Shown: positions 17,930 to 28,650 of the stretch, in pieces
How positions within the stretch are numbered: position 1 is the first letter of the stretch
How the letters are laid out: each line of letters opens with the position of its first letter
Origin: an uncultured Verrucomicrobiae bacterium
GTDB lineage: Bacteria > Verrucomicrobiota > Verrucomicrobiia > Limisphaerales > Palsa-1400
Direction of reading: 5' to 3'
Assembly (NCBI GenBank): GCA_963702845.1
Contig: OY969763.1
Coordinates: 1,600,001-1,664,000 of the forward strand
Length of the DNA: 64,000 bases
Notes under the pieces: generated by a model
Database searches by the model: none
What the model saw: the letters and a program-made list of their open reading frames with translations, nothing else
Told to the model about the DNA's origin: nothing
Translations under genes and position numbers: made by a program

Positions 17930-19623
17930 AACGAAATCCGTTGGAGGAATATGCAGGGAAGCGCGATTTTAAACACACTCGCGAACCGGGTCCTCGCGTC
18001 AAAAAGGCTGCGCCTCAAAAGGCCGGTAATTTGTTCGTAATTCAAAAACACGCAGCGAGTCATCTGCATTATGACTTTCGACTTGAAATGAATGGCGTGC
18101 TGAAATCGTGGGCTGTTCCGAAAGGATTGCCCATGCGCCGCGGCGATAAACGGCTGGCAATGCAGGTGGAAGATCACCCCCTCGATTACGCAGGCTTCGA
18201 AGGCATCATCGCTCCAGGAAATTATGGCGCCGGCACGGTGATGGTTTGGGATACCGGCACGTATGAGGTGAAGGACGCAGAGCCACTGAAGGCGCTGGAA
18301 TCGGGAAAGATTCATTTCATATTACGTGGCAAAAAACTCAAAGGCGAATGGGCCATCATTAAGATCCGTAACCCGAACGAGAAAGGAAAACAGCCGTGGC
18401 TGATTTTCAAAGCCGGGGAAGATTTTCCGGAACTGTCAGCAAAGAAGGAAAACGAATCAGCGGTTTCCGGGCGGACGATGGAGAAGATCGCCAAAGCGCA
18501 AGACGCAGAATGGGAGAGCAACCGAGCGGCTGCTGTTCCAGGGAACGACAGCGTTAAAGCGCGAATCCGTCGTGCTGTTGCACGCGCGAACAAGGAACAT
18601 GAACCCGAAGCTAAAGTTGAAACGTCGCTAAAAAATTTACGTGCGGGAAAGATTGGTTTCGTCGAACCGATGAAGTGCAAATTGCTCGAGGAAATTCCAG
18701 CAGGGGAGGATTGGATTTACGAAATCAAGTTCGACGGTATCAGAGCGCTAACGCTGAAGGACGATGATGAAGTCGAACTGTATTCCCGGCTCAAAAACAA
18801 AATGAGTCACCGCTTTGGTGGTATCGCTGAAGCGATTAAATCGCTTCATTGTAAATCGGCGATTCTCGACGGCGAAATCGTTGCTTTGGAAGAAAGCGGG
18901 CGATCATCATTCCAACTGCTGCAGATGTCACGAATGCCGGGGCAGGCACCGTCGATTTGCTACTACCTTTTCGATATTTTAAACCTTAACGGAAAAGACC
19001 TGAAGAATCTGCCTTTGCACGAGCGGAAAAGGATTTTGCAGAAAGTAGTTCCAGAAGGGAACGATCTATTGCGAATTTCAGATCATCTGGGTGGCCGACC
19101 GGAGCAGTTGTGGACGGAAGTTTGCCATCGCGGACTTGAAGGATTGATTGGAAAACAACGGAATTCCAAATACGAACCGGGGAAGCGGAGCGGAGCGTGG
19201 ATCAAGGTGAAGTGTACCTGTGCGCAGGAATTCGTGATTGGAGGCTACACCGAACCGCAGGGTAGCCGTGAAAAATTTGGTGCGATCATCGTAGGCTACT
19301 ACGAAGGCGGCAGGTTGATGTTCGCGTCAAAGGTCGGATCGGGATTTGACCGGCGCGTGCTCGAATCGCTTTACAAACAATTTCAAAAGCTAAAACAACC
19401 AGAGTGTCCTTTTGCCAATTTGCCTGAAAAACGCCCAGGACGTTGGGGGCAGGGCATAACAGCCAGTCAAATGAAACGTTGCACGTGGGTGAAGCCGCAG
19501 TTGGTGGCACAGGTGCGGTTCACCGAGTGGACGATGGACGGCGGTTTGCGTCATCCCGTCTTCATGGGTTTGCGCGAAGACAAACAACCCAGCGAAGTCG
19601 TAAGAGAAAAATCAGAGCATTAG
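17926..19623 (+). CDS. ligD: NHEJ LigD 3'-phosphoesterase plus ATP-dependent ligase domains
   Basis: FVIQKHAASHLHYDFRLE, SWAVPKG, VEDHPLDY, YEIKFDGIR, LDGEIV, LEGLIGK and LRHPVFMGLREDK. Confidence 0.94.
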   Translation: MKRNPLEEYAGKRDFKHTREPGPRVKKAAPQKAGNLFVIQKHAASHLHYDFRLEMNGVLKSWAVPKGLPMRRGDKRLAMQVEDHPLDYAGFEGIIAPGNYGAGTVMVWDTGTYEVKDAEPLKALESGKIHFILRGKKLKGEWAIIKIRNPNEKGKQPWLIFKAGEDFPELSAKKENESAVSGRTMEKIAKAQDAEWESNRAAAVPGNDSVKARIRRAVARANKEHEPEAKVETSLKNLRAGKIGFVEPMKCKLLEEIPAGEDWIYEIKFDGIRALTLKDDDEVELYSRLKNKMSHRFGGIAEAIKSLHCKSAILDGEIVALEESGRSSFQLLQMSRMPGQAPSICYYLFDILNLNGKDLKNLPLHERKRILQKVVPEGNDLLRISDHLGGRPEQLWTEVCHRGLEGLIGKQRNSKYEPGKRSGAWIKVKCTCAQEFVIGGYTEPQGSREKFGAIIVGYYEGGRLMFASKVGSGFDRRVLESLYKQFQKLKQPECPFANLPEKRPGRWGQGITASQMKRCTWVKPQLVAQVRFTEWTMDGGLRHPVFMGLREDKQPSEVVREKSEH

Positions 19624-19638
19624 CCAAAGGAGGATTCT

Positions 19639-20085
19639 ATGTCGAAGAAGAATGAAAAGGCGAAGAATAGTTTGAACGACACCTTTCACAATTTTGCGCA
19701 TAGCATCTCGGTTGCTGTGGGACACCCATTGGCTTTTTTAGCGGCGATTCTATTGATTCTCGGTTGGGCGGTGACCGGTCCGATGTTCCATTTCTCCGAT
19801 ACGTGGCAGTTGGTGATTAATACCGGGACGACAATCGTCACCTTTCTAATGGTTTTCCTGATTCAAAACACGCAAAACCGCGATGCACGTGCAATCCATC
19901 TGAAGGTTGACGAATTACTCAGAACCGGCGAAAAAGCCAGGAACTATTTGATTGACTTGCAAAACATGTCGGACGAGGAACTTGATGAACTGGAACGCCA
20001 ATTTGAAATTTGCCGAAAAAAGCGGGACCCTGTGCCCGAACCGCCGAGAAATGGTGCTCAACGAACCGAAACGGCGAAGCACTAG
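19639..20085 (+). CDS. Low-affinity iron permease (Fet4-like) family protein
   Basis: FSDTWQLVINTGTTIVTFLMVFLIQNTQNRD..AIHLKVDELL. Confidence 0.9.
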   Translation: MSKKNEKAKNSLNDTFHNFAHSISVAVGHPLAFLAAILLILGWAVTGPMFHFSDTWQLVINTGTTIVTFLMVFLIQNTQNRDARAIHLKVDELLRTGEKARNYLIDLQNMSDEELDELERQFEICRKKRDPVPEPPRNGAQRTETAKH

Positions 20086-20757
20086 TCGACGGACTTCGGC
20101 AAGTTGGGTGGCGATCACGATCGTAGCTTTCGCTCTCCAAGTGACGGAGACCCTCGCAGACTCAACATCTGATTCGAGTCAGGGGAAAGGCTCGAAGTTC
20201 AACTTCGATTCGGTCCGCAACTGCGTTTGGGATACAGACGTAGGAAATGGCTTTCGTAAACATGCGACTGAAGCGGGAATTCTTGTCGGCGGGGGATTTG
20301 GAATGCGCGTTTTTGGCGGGACCGAGGATCATAACATGGTGCTCGGGACAGTTCATGTCGGCACGATGTTGTCCGGCCTGGTCGCAAGGGAGCATTTCTG
20401 GCGTGGCAACTTCGAATTGCTTGGTGATTTCTTCGGTGGCGAGCAGTACAATTCCCACACCTCGTTTGTCATCGGTCTTGCGCCAATTCTTCGGTATAAT
20501 TTCGCAACGGGCAGTCCATTCGTGCCGTATATTGGAGGTGGCGCCGGTGCATCTCTTACTGATATTCGTCATCCCGAACTCGGTACCGACTTCAACTTCA
20601 ACGTGCAGGTTTAGCCGGGGTGCATTGGTTTTTCAAACCTAATGTAGCAGCGACACTCGAAGGTCGATGGTTGCATCTTTCCAACGCAGGCATCAAGGAT
20701 CCGAACAAAGGGGTCAACACAGGTTTAATTCTCATCGGCGCGAACTGGTTTTTTTAA
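20051..20757 (+). CDS. Acyloxyacyl hydrolase/PagL-like outer-membrane beta-barrel; -1 frameshift at ~20611
   Basis: Alternating beta-strands. Adding one base at TTT 20610-20612 continues the frame as AGVHWFF...RWLHLSNAGIKDPNKGVN...NWFF-stop (HxSNA motif, terminal Phe). Confidence 0.8.
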
Positions 20758-20856
20758 CAGTTTGTTGTGCCGAGTAATCGGTAAACAGCAATCAGGTTCA
20801 ATCGTTGGCGCTTTGTTACTGTTTACTGTTTCCGGCATACTGTTTACAGTGCTCCA

Positions 20857-21640
20857 GTGAACGTTCTCTTCATCGGCGACATCGTTGGCGAGCCTGGGCG
20901 CCGCGCCGTCAAGGAACTGGTTCCGAAGCTTCGTCGCGAGCACGAACTCGATATCGTCATCGCCAATGGCGAAAATTCAGCCGGGGGGTCTGGCATAACT
21001 CCCAACACGGCTCGTGAAATTTTCGATGCGGGCGTCGACGTCATTACCACAGGCGACCATTTGTTCGACCAAAGGGAAGTGATGACACTGTTACAAAACG
21101 AACCGCGTTTTTTACGGCCATTGAACTACCCTACGGGGACAGCTGGTCAAGGCAGTGCGATATTCCGTTTTGAAAAATTGCCGCCTATCGCTGTGATGAA
21201 TTTGCAGGGCCGATCATTCATGGCTGCGCTCGAAAATCCCTTTACGATGGCGCGAGCGGAAGTGGACCGGCTGCGTCAGCATACGCATATTATTTTTATC
21301 GACATGCACGCGGAAGCGACATCGGAAAAAATTGCGATCGCGCGCATGTTGGACGGGCAGGTGAGTGCGGTCGTCGGGACACATACCCATGTCCAAACCG
21401 GCGACGAACAGATTTTCCCGGGCGGGACGGCGTATCCTTTGTGACGCCGGATTTACTGGCCCGCACGAAAGCGTTCTTGGTCGCGAGATCCAGCCGATCA
21501 TTCAACGATTCATGACCAATATGCCGCAGAAATTCGGAGTCGCTTCCGAACGTATCCTGCTTCAGGGCGCATTGATCGACATCGATCCAAATACCGGCCG
21601 AGCGGTCAGCATCAAGCGCATTTCTGAGCCGCTGAAGTAA
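20857..21640 (+). CDS. ymdB: YmdB/TIGR00282 metallophosphoesterase; +1 frameshift at ~21436
   Basis: LFIGDIVG, IANGEN, TTGDH, DMHAEATSEK and GTHTHVQT. Removing one C restores TAYLCDAGFTGP. Confidence 0.92.
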
Positions 21641-24083
21641 CTAGGATTCGCGCACCGTGGCTTGCAGCGTCTGCTTCAGATTTTGCACAACTTTTTCGTG
21701 CGCGCTGTTTACTTCGACATCGGTCAGTGTCTTCTCAGCGCTACGATAGGTAAACGCGTAAGCCAGGCTTTTCTGACCTGCGGGAATGTTTTTACCGCGG
21801 AAGACGTCGAAGACTTCAACCGATTCGAGGTTTGCCGGTTTGGTCTGACGAACGACATTGAGCACCGCATCGTGCGTTGCCGATTCGGGAACGATCATGG
21901 CGACGTCGCGACGAATGGATGGGAAGGCCGGTAGCGATTTGAAAGATTTTTCGCGGTTACGACGCGCGAGCAGAAGGTCGAAATTGAGCTCGGCCAAAAA
22001 CGCGGCGTGACGGAGGTCGTATCGTTTAGCGAGGGCAGGGGTGACCTGGCCGATTTCGCCAAGGGTCATTTTGCCGAGTTGCACACCGGCTGATTCGAGG
22101 AAAAACGTATTCGCGTTTTCGCGGCGGACGTAAGTCATTCCTTTGAGGCCGAATTGTTGAAGGAAATCTTCGAGCATGCCTTTGAGATCGTAGGCGTCGA
22201 AGGTGGCTTCGCGATCGTCGCCGCTCCAGAAGCCGGCCAATCTGCGGCCGGTGAGCGCGATGCCAAGGCGGCGTTCTTCTTTGGTCTTTCCGTCAACCAA
22301 CGAAAATACGCGGCCGATTTCAAATAATGCAACGTCGTCGTTTTTGTGGCTGACGTTGTGTCGTAAAGCGTCGAGCAGGCCGGGCAGAACACTCGGACGA
22401 AGAACGTTCATGTCGCTGCTGAGCGGGTTTTCCAGATAGACGAGATTTTCCGCCGTGACCCCGCTGATGAACTTGGCGGCGGCGTCGGAAATGAGAGTTT
22501 GACCTTGAGCTTCGCTGAGCCCGAGACCAGCGAGAATTTGTCGTGATTCGGTGAGTTGATCGTGAATCGAGTCGTAAGCGTTCGTGCCAATCGCCCCGCG
22601 CGGCGGAGTGGAAGGAATCTTGTCGATTCCGTAAAGGCGGACGATTTCTTCAATCAGATCGACTTCACGTTTGATATCGACGCGGAAAGTGGGGATTCGG
22701 AAAATGGGCTGATCGCCAGCAACGGACCAATCGGTTAGCAGTCCGAGACGACGGAGCGACTCGATTTGCTGCTCGTGCGGAATTTGCAATCCGACGAGTT
22801 CTTCAGTCTTGTCCAAACGAAGAGTGATTTCCTTCGCCGTTGGCGGGTTTGGAAATACGTCGATGGATTGTTCGAGCACATTTCCGCCCGCGGTTTCGAC
22901 GATCAGTTGCGCAGCGCGCCGGCTGGCCCAATCACAAATTCCAATGTCGCCGCCGCGTTCGAATCGATAGGACGAGTCGGTGCGCAGTTCCAATTTCTTG
23001 GATGTCGCACGGATGTTTTGAGGTTTGAAGTAGGCGCTCTCGATCAAGAACGTCCGAAGTATTCGGATTAATCTCACTATTCTGACCGCCCATGACGCCG
23101 GCCAATGCAACCGCCTTTGTTTCGTCGGCGATGAGGAGCACGTTGTTGGTCAGCGTGTGTTTCTTGTCGTCCAGCGTGGTGAACGATTCGCCTTCACTCG
23201 CGCGACGAACGACAATCGTGGGCGGCTTGCCTGAAAGCAGGTGGTGATCAAACGCGTGCAGCGGTTGGCCGATTTCGAGCATGACGTAGTTTGTTACATC
23301 GACAACGTTGTTGATGCTACGAAGACCGACGCTTTCCAGAATTTGGCGCATCCAGTCGGGGCTTGGACCGATCTTCACGCCGCGAACAACTCGCGCAGTG
23401 TAACGGGGACAAAGCTCTGGATCATCCAGGCGAACGCGTGCCAGTGAATCAATAGGCTCGGTGCTGACGTTTGCTTGCGAAACGGAAACGTCAGGCATGC
23501 GCAATGGATTGCCCGTTAGTGCGCTGATATCGCGAGCAATGCCGATGACGCTATTCCAGTCAGGGCGGTTCGGCGTAATTTCCAAATCGTAAACGACATC
23601 GCCTGATTTGCGTCCGAGATATTCAGCGAACGGTTGGCCAGCTTTTGCGTCCTCGCGCAAAATCAACAGGCCATCGATTTGATCGGGTAACCCAAGTTCT
23701 TGAGGCGAGCACAGCATGCCGTGTGATTCCACACCCATGACCTTGCGTACTTTTATCGTGAAAGGTTCCTTTTCGCCGGGCTTCAACGGCAGTGACGCGC
23801 CTGGGATGACCAATGGAACTTTGTCGCCTGCTTTGTAATTTTGTGCACCGCAGATAACCTGACGTTCGCCTTTGCCATCTGCAACCTTGCAGACGGAGAG
23901 CTTGTCGGACCCGGCGACTTTATCACGCGTGAGCACTTGCCCAACGACGATTCCCTCGAACTCGCCGCTGACCTTGTGCACGCCTTCGACTTCCAGGCCG
24001 AGCATGGTGAGGCGCTCGGACAACTCGTCCGGTGACCAGTCGAAGTCGACGTATTGTTTGAGCCAATTATAAGTAAGCTTCAT
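21641..24083 (-). CDS. pheT: Phenylalanine-tRNA ligase beta subunit; +1 frameshift at ~23049
   Basis: MKLTYNWL, ICGAQN, EITPNRPD, INNVVDVTNY, LAGVMGG, ESAYF, SYRFERG, DLIEEIVRLYG and RRDVA. Confidence 0.96.
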
Positions 24084-24670
24084 TTCTCGCTGTGATATTG
24101 CGTCCGCAGAAAATTCTCGCACAAAGCGGCCATCTCGACCGCAAAACGTTCGACTTTTTTATTGTAGTAGCTCCAGGCAATCAACGACGGAATGGCTGTG
24201 AGCAAGCCGAGAAGGGTTGAGTTGAGCGCGATGGCGATGCCTTTTGCGACTTCTTTGCTATCGCCCAGACCCGCATCGCTCATACCGCCGAACAGAATGA
24301 TCAGGCCGTAAATAGTGCCGACCAATCCGAGCAATGGCGCGACGCCGACGACGATCTCGAGGATGACAAGACCTCGCTCGAGTTTTGAGACTTCGTGACG
24401 TGCACTGGTTTCCAGTGCACCGATGTTTTCGGCCCGTGGCCAGCTACGGTGTTTCTCGGCAAGTAAGAGTAGACGGCTTAAGGGCGAGGGGTGTTGCTCG
24501 CAAAGCCGGTGCAGCATTGGCACATCCGCTTCGGTGCGGCAGGTTTCTAGGGCGGCCTCAACTTGAGCCGGAATGACTTTCTGCGACCGTAATGCGAGGC
24601 CGCGTTCGACGATAAACGTCAAGCCGACGACCGACGCAAGAATCAGAACGGCAATGATGAACAGTTCCAT
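24080..24670 (-). CDS. MotA/TolQ/ExbB proton-channel family protein
   Basis: APLLGLVGTIYGLI, GIAIALNSTLLGL and AIPSLIAWSYY. Confidence 0.9.
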   Translation of the reverse strand: MELFIIAVLILASVVGLTFIVERGLALRSQKVIPAQVEAALETCRTEADVPMLHRLCEQHPSPLSRLLLLAEKHRSWPRAENIGALETSARHEVSKLERGLVILEIVVGVAPLLGLVGTIYGLIILFGGMSDAGLGDSKEVAKGIAIALNSTLLGLLTAIPSLIAWSYYNKKVERFAVEMAALCENFLRTQYHSEK

Positions 24671-24691
24671 TAGGTGTATTGTTACGAGGAA

Positions 24692-25705
24692 TTACTCGTA
24701 AAAAAAAGTAAAAGTGACATCTCTCGTGTCTCCCGCAAGTTCTCGCCGCATCTCCGTTGTCCAACGCGGATAGGGGGAGTTGTCGAGAATTGCTTTTTGG
24801 CAGAGCAAGGAAAAGAAAGAATCGACGGTGTTGCGGATTATTTTCACGTCGGTGACTCGACCGTCGAAGTGCAGCTTAAATTCCAGCCGAACTTCGCCTT
24901 GCGGAGTTGGCTGTTGGTTTTGCAGAAGAAAATCCCAGCGAGCCTGCACGGCATTGACGAACAACCGGTCATAATCACCGGTCAAAGTGCGGCGCACATC
25001 GAGGCTTGAGGATAATCCGACGTGCGACCCGCCACCGTTGTGTTTCATCTTGTCGCCGGTGATACCCTGGAGCGCCTTAGCTTCTTCGACGCTTGCCGGG
25101 CGGCGATGGGGTTGAACTTCTGGCTGCTCGGATTTGCTGTCGTTTGCTTTGTTGCTGGGTTTCGCAATCGCGAGGTCGCCGGGCGTGTAGGATTTTGGCG
25201 CTGGTGAAGGTTTTTTCTCTTCGACCTTTTGCTCAGGCGTGGGCTGAAGTGGTTTTGCCTCGGGTTTCGGACGGCTGTTCTCAGTGGTCTTTAGAACCTT
25301 TTGTTGTTTCCCAGTCAGTTCGGGCAACTCGGATTCAGCTTTCTTAGTGCTGGACGCAACCGTGTTGGCAGAACTTGTGAACTTTGCGTTTTTCGGCGGT
25401 TCAACGACCGCGAGTGTGGGATCGACATCGACAAATGTGAGCGTGATGGGCTGCTGTGGCTGTGTTCGCGGCGGAATTGTTTTAGCAATTCGTTTAATGA
25501 GGCTGCTGCGGGCGGTTTGTAGCCAATTTGGCAAATGCGATTCCTTCCACCAGCCGTGCGTCTGCCCGAATTTCCAGCCGCCAAAAGCAACCAGATGGAG
25601 GACAAGGGAAATCACCAATGCTCGAACGAGCAAATCCAAACTGGTGTCCTTGGCCACGACGTCTCTCACGGGTTGAGGATGCGCGATTTCAGGCGACGGT
25701 GACAA
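24692..25705 (-). CDS. TonB/TolA-like energy transducer
   Basis: N-terminal SLVLH TM anchor, Pro/Lys/Glu-rich linker and a TonB-C-like domain (GEVRLEFKLHFDGRVTDVKI). Confidence 0.8.
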   Translation of the reverse strand: MSPSPEIAHPQPVRDVVAKDTSLDLLVRALVISLVLHLVAFGGWKFGQTHGWWKESHLPNWLQTARSSLIKRIAKTIPPRTQPQQPITLTFVDVDPTLAVVEPPKNAKFTSSANTVASSTKKAESELPELTGKQQKVLKTTENSRPKPEAKPLQPTPEQKVEEKKPSPAPKSYTPGDLAIAKPSNKANDSKSEQPEVQPHRRPASVEEAKALQGITGDKMKHNGGGSHVGLSSSLDVRRTLTGDYDRLFVNAVQARWDFLLQNQQPTPQGEVRLEFKLHFDGRVTDVKIIRNTVDSFFSLLCQKAILDNSPYPRWTTEMRRELAGDTRDVTFTFFYE

Positions 25706-25718
25706 GGATTGATCGGTG

Positions 25719-26993
25719 TTACTCGTCGCCCGCGTTGTTGGCGATGTTGAATTTGCGCGGGCTGTGATTGGTGATGCGGACGGTGCCTTTCATCACGTTG
25801 TCGGAAATGACGGCGCGAGCGACGTTTGTGCCGAGTTCAATCTGGGCTTTGTTCTCTTGAAACTCACAACCGCGCACCAACAAAGTCCCGCTTTCGCATT
25901 GGATAGCATGGCGCTTTTCGTTTTTGCGATCCCATTGGCAGAACGTGCAATCGGAAAAACCAATCGTGCCTTTACCTGCGATTTTGGCGATTTGAAAGCA
26001 AGGTCCCCAGAACGCGGAGTTCACAAATCGAACGCTCCCGGAGTTTGTTGCGCCAACTTCGACCATGGTTGGGTTCGGGCCTTCGAAGGACGTGAATTCG
26101 CCATTCGATATCAGGATTCCAAATGGCGCAGAATTTTCTACGAGGACTGAGGTGTAGCACGCATCGGCGCCAATGCCGAGGAAGTTGCCGTTACAAACGC
26201 CGCCGTGAGTTTGGATGAATTTGTATCCGACATTGTAGCCAAAACAAAACGTGTTGAACACATATTGCCAATCGCTGCGGCCGAAGATGAAGGCTTCACC
26301 GTGCTCCTTCTGCCATTTGTAGAGTTTGGGTTTCATGCTCCACCATGGGTTGAAATGCACATTTTCAATGCGGCCGATATCATAAATTACATCGACATAA
26401 ATGCCGCGTCGCAGCGGTTGGCCTTGAACGTTGCGGATCAGGTGACGCTCGTTTTTTGACGCGTCGATTCCGTTATATGAATTGAGCAGTTCCACATCCA
26501 ACACCGCTGGGTTTTGTCCACGCATCGCGATCGTCCATGGGAAAGGCTTAGGCTCGCCATCGTCGTTTTGGTTGGGATAGTAAATGACGATACCCTTCAA
26601 CGTGCTATTCGCGTTCAGGGTAATGAACGGTGGTCCATTTTCGTCTCCGGCGTCGGCGTTTACGATGAAAGTCGTGCCATCATCGGTGGGTTTTGGGGGG
26701 CCTTCGCTCCGCAAGCCGATGTGGGACGGCACCGATTCCCATACACCCTTCAACGTCACCCCGCTCGGCACATTTAAATGGCGGGCGAGAAAATAATTTC
26801 CGCACGGGGCATAAACAATGCCACCTCCGGCTTTGCCAACGGCATCCAACGCCCGTTGAATCGCAGAGGTGTCATCGGTTTTGCCATCGCCTTTTGCGCC
26901 GAATGCCGTCACGGCGTAGACGTCGTTTGTTGTAGCCCGGGCCGAAATTGCGTAGCCGAGCAGAAGCGCGCACAAAAGTAGTTTTCGATTCAT
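25719..26993 (-). CDS. Secreted pectate-lyase-3/GH28-related beta-helix protein
   Basis: Signal peptide, VTAFGAKGDGKTDDTSAIQRALD..GGGIVYAP. Confidence 0.85.
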   Translation of the reverse strand: MNRKLLLCALLLGYAISARATTNDVYAVTAFGAKGDGKTDDTSAIQRALDAVGKAGGGIVYAPCGNYFLARHLNVPSGVTLKGVWESVPSHIGLRSEGPPKPTDDGTTFIVNADAGDENGPPFITLNANSTLKGIVIYYPNQNDDGEPKPFPWTIAMRGQNPAVLDVELLNSYNGIDASKNERHLIRNVQGQPLRRGIYVDVIYDIGRIENVHFNPWWSMKPKLYKWQKEHGEAFIFGRSDWQYVFNTFCFGYNVGYKFIQTHGGVCNGNFLGIGADACYTSVLVENSAPFGILISNGEFTSFEGPNPTMVEVGATNSGSVRFVNSAFWGPCFQIAKIAGKGTIGFSDCTFCQWDRKNEKRHAIQCESGTLLVRGCEFQENKAQIELGTNVARAVISDNVMKGTVRITNHSPRKFNIANNAGDE

Positions 26994-26995
26994 AA

Positions 26996-28423
26996 TTATT
27001 TCAAAGGCAGCAAAAGTGAGAACACGAATGTTGTTACAAATCCAATTACGGAGATAGCCGCCAAAAGAACTGACCAACTGGACAAGGTTTCGCGCTCGGT
27101 AAATCCAGTTAATTTGCTGACGACCCAAAATCCGCTGTCATTCATCCAGGACACGCCCATCGCACCAAAGCCGATCGACAGGAATAGATAGATGGGATGA
27201 TACGGCAACGGGCTTGCTGTCATGATTGGGTAGATCATCGAACTGGTCGCCAACATGGCCACGGTCGCTGACCCTTGTGCGATACGAAGGACCAAAGCAA
27301 TTGCGTAGGAAAGGACGACGAGGTTGATGTGATGGTCTTTGGTCATGAACTGAATGGCATCACCGACTCCAGCGTTTTTCAGCATCAACCCAAATGCGCC
27401 CCCAGCGCTCGTAATGAGGATAACGACGCCAGCAGTTTGCAAAGGCGGATCGAGGAGTTCGCCGATTTGGCGGAGCGACATTTTTTTGAAGCGTGCCAGA
27501 ACGATCACGGCTATGACTGCTCCGACGAGCAGCGCGATATTTTTGTTCCCGATGAATTCCATAAAATGCCAAGGAGAATTCAAAGGGGCGATTACCTTTA
27601 CCAGAGATGCTCCGCCTATAAGCAGAATCGGAAGTATAACGGGAAGAATTGATGGGATGAATCCGGGCAGTTCCGATTCCGGGCGCGCGATACTTTTATG
27701 CAGGTCTTTCCACGGAAATCCGGGAGTTTCACGTAATTGAAAGTTGAGCCTTTTGTTCAGTCGCCGGGCGACCAGCCAGCCCCCAAAAGCCGGGACGATG
27801 CCGACAAGAAGTCCTGCAACGACCGAGAAGCCGACATCAATTTTTAAATTGTCGACCATCGCCATGGGCCCGGGGTGCGGGACGATCATCGAATGTGTCA
27901 CAACGCCGCCCGCGCAAATCGCGAGGACATAGAGCAAATAATCTTTGCCCGTGCGCAGCGCCAACGTCATTGCCAGCGGCAACATCAGCAAAAACATGGT
28001 ATCGAAGAAAATCGGGATCGAGAGAACGTAAGTGCTCAATAAAAGCGCAAGGCTTGCCTGGTTTTCACCGAACACTGCAAGAAACCTGCGCACGACTTTA
28101 TCGGCGGCACCACTTTCCATCAGGCACACGGCGATAACACACGCCAAGCCGATAGCGATCCCTATCGCGCCAGCAGTGCGTCCGAATTCGGTGGTAGTCA
28201 GTTCCACAGCGCGAACGCAGTGTTCAACGACCGAATGTCCGGTCTCGTCCGGTAGACGGCTGGACAGAATTCCGGCAATCAGCGCAGCCGCAATCAGCGC
28301 CAGGAACGCATGGATGCGCAACACAGAAATTGCCGTGATGACGAACACCAACGATACAATCAAAACGACAAATGGCCAAAGCGCCCCGTGCTCAAGAGGT
28401 GTCACTGCCAGTTCAGAAAACAT
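26996..28423 (-). CDS. GntP-family (gluconate:H+ symporter-like) permease
   Basis: RIHAFLAL, MESGAA, VPHPGP, ITSAGGAFG, RIAQGSATVA and SWMNDSGFW. Start is uncertain (28423 or upstream). Confidence 0.92.
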   Translation of the reverse strand: MFSELAVTPLEHGALWPFVVLIVSLVFVITAISVLRIHAFLALIAAALIAGILSSRLPDETGHSVVEHCVRAVELTTTEFGRTAGAIGIAIGLACVIAVCLMESGAADKVVRRFLAVFGENQASLALLLSTYVLSIPIFFDTMFLLMLPLAMTLALRTGKDYLLYVLAICAGGVVTHSMIVPHPGPMAMVDNLKIDVGFSVVAGLLVGIVPAFGGWLVARRLNKRLNFQLRETPGFPWKDLHKSIARPESELPGFIPSILPVILPILLIGGASLVKVIAPLNSPWHFMEFIGNKNIALLVGAVIAVIVLARFKKMSLRQIGELLDPPLQTAGVVILITSAGGAFGLMLKNAGVGDAIQFMTKDHHINLVVLSYAIALVLRIAQGSATVAMLATSSMIYPIMTASPLPYHPIYLFLSIGFGAMGVSWMNDSGFWVVSKLTGFTERETLSSWSVLLAAISVIGFVTTFVFSLLLPLK

Positions 28424-28650
28424 CGATGGCTGAGTATGACCAGACTGCCTCTGGTTTTGCCAATGCCGTTTTAGCGTGCGGGACAGGCGTGATTCGTCAT
28501 CAGGTTTTTCTCGGACGGTGTAATCGGACAAACTACTTATTGAACGCAGTAGAGGAGCGCCTAGGTTCGTACTAGGAAAAGGTGAAAATGATAGTCAGAG
28601 GAACCTTCCGCCGAGGACCTTCCTTTGGCGCATATGAAAGGAGTAAGTAT

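Noticed and set aside
21641..24083. pheT as a true pseudogene or programmed frameshift
   Set aside because: Essential gene, no slippery heptamer at the site, and the same indel pattern occurs in five other genes.
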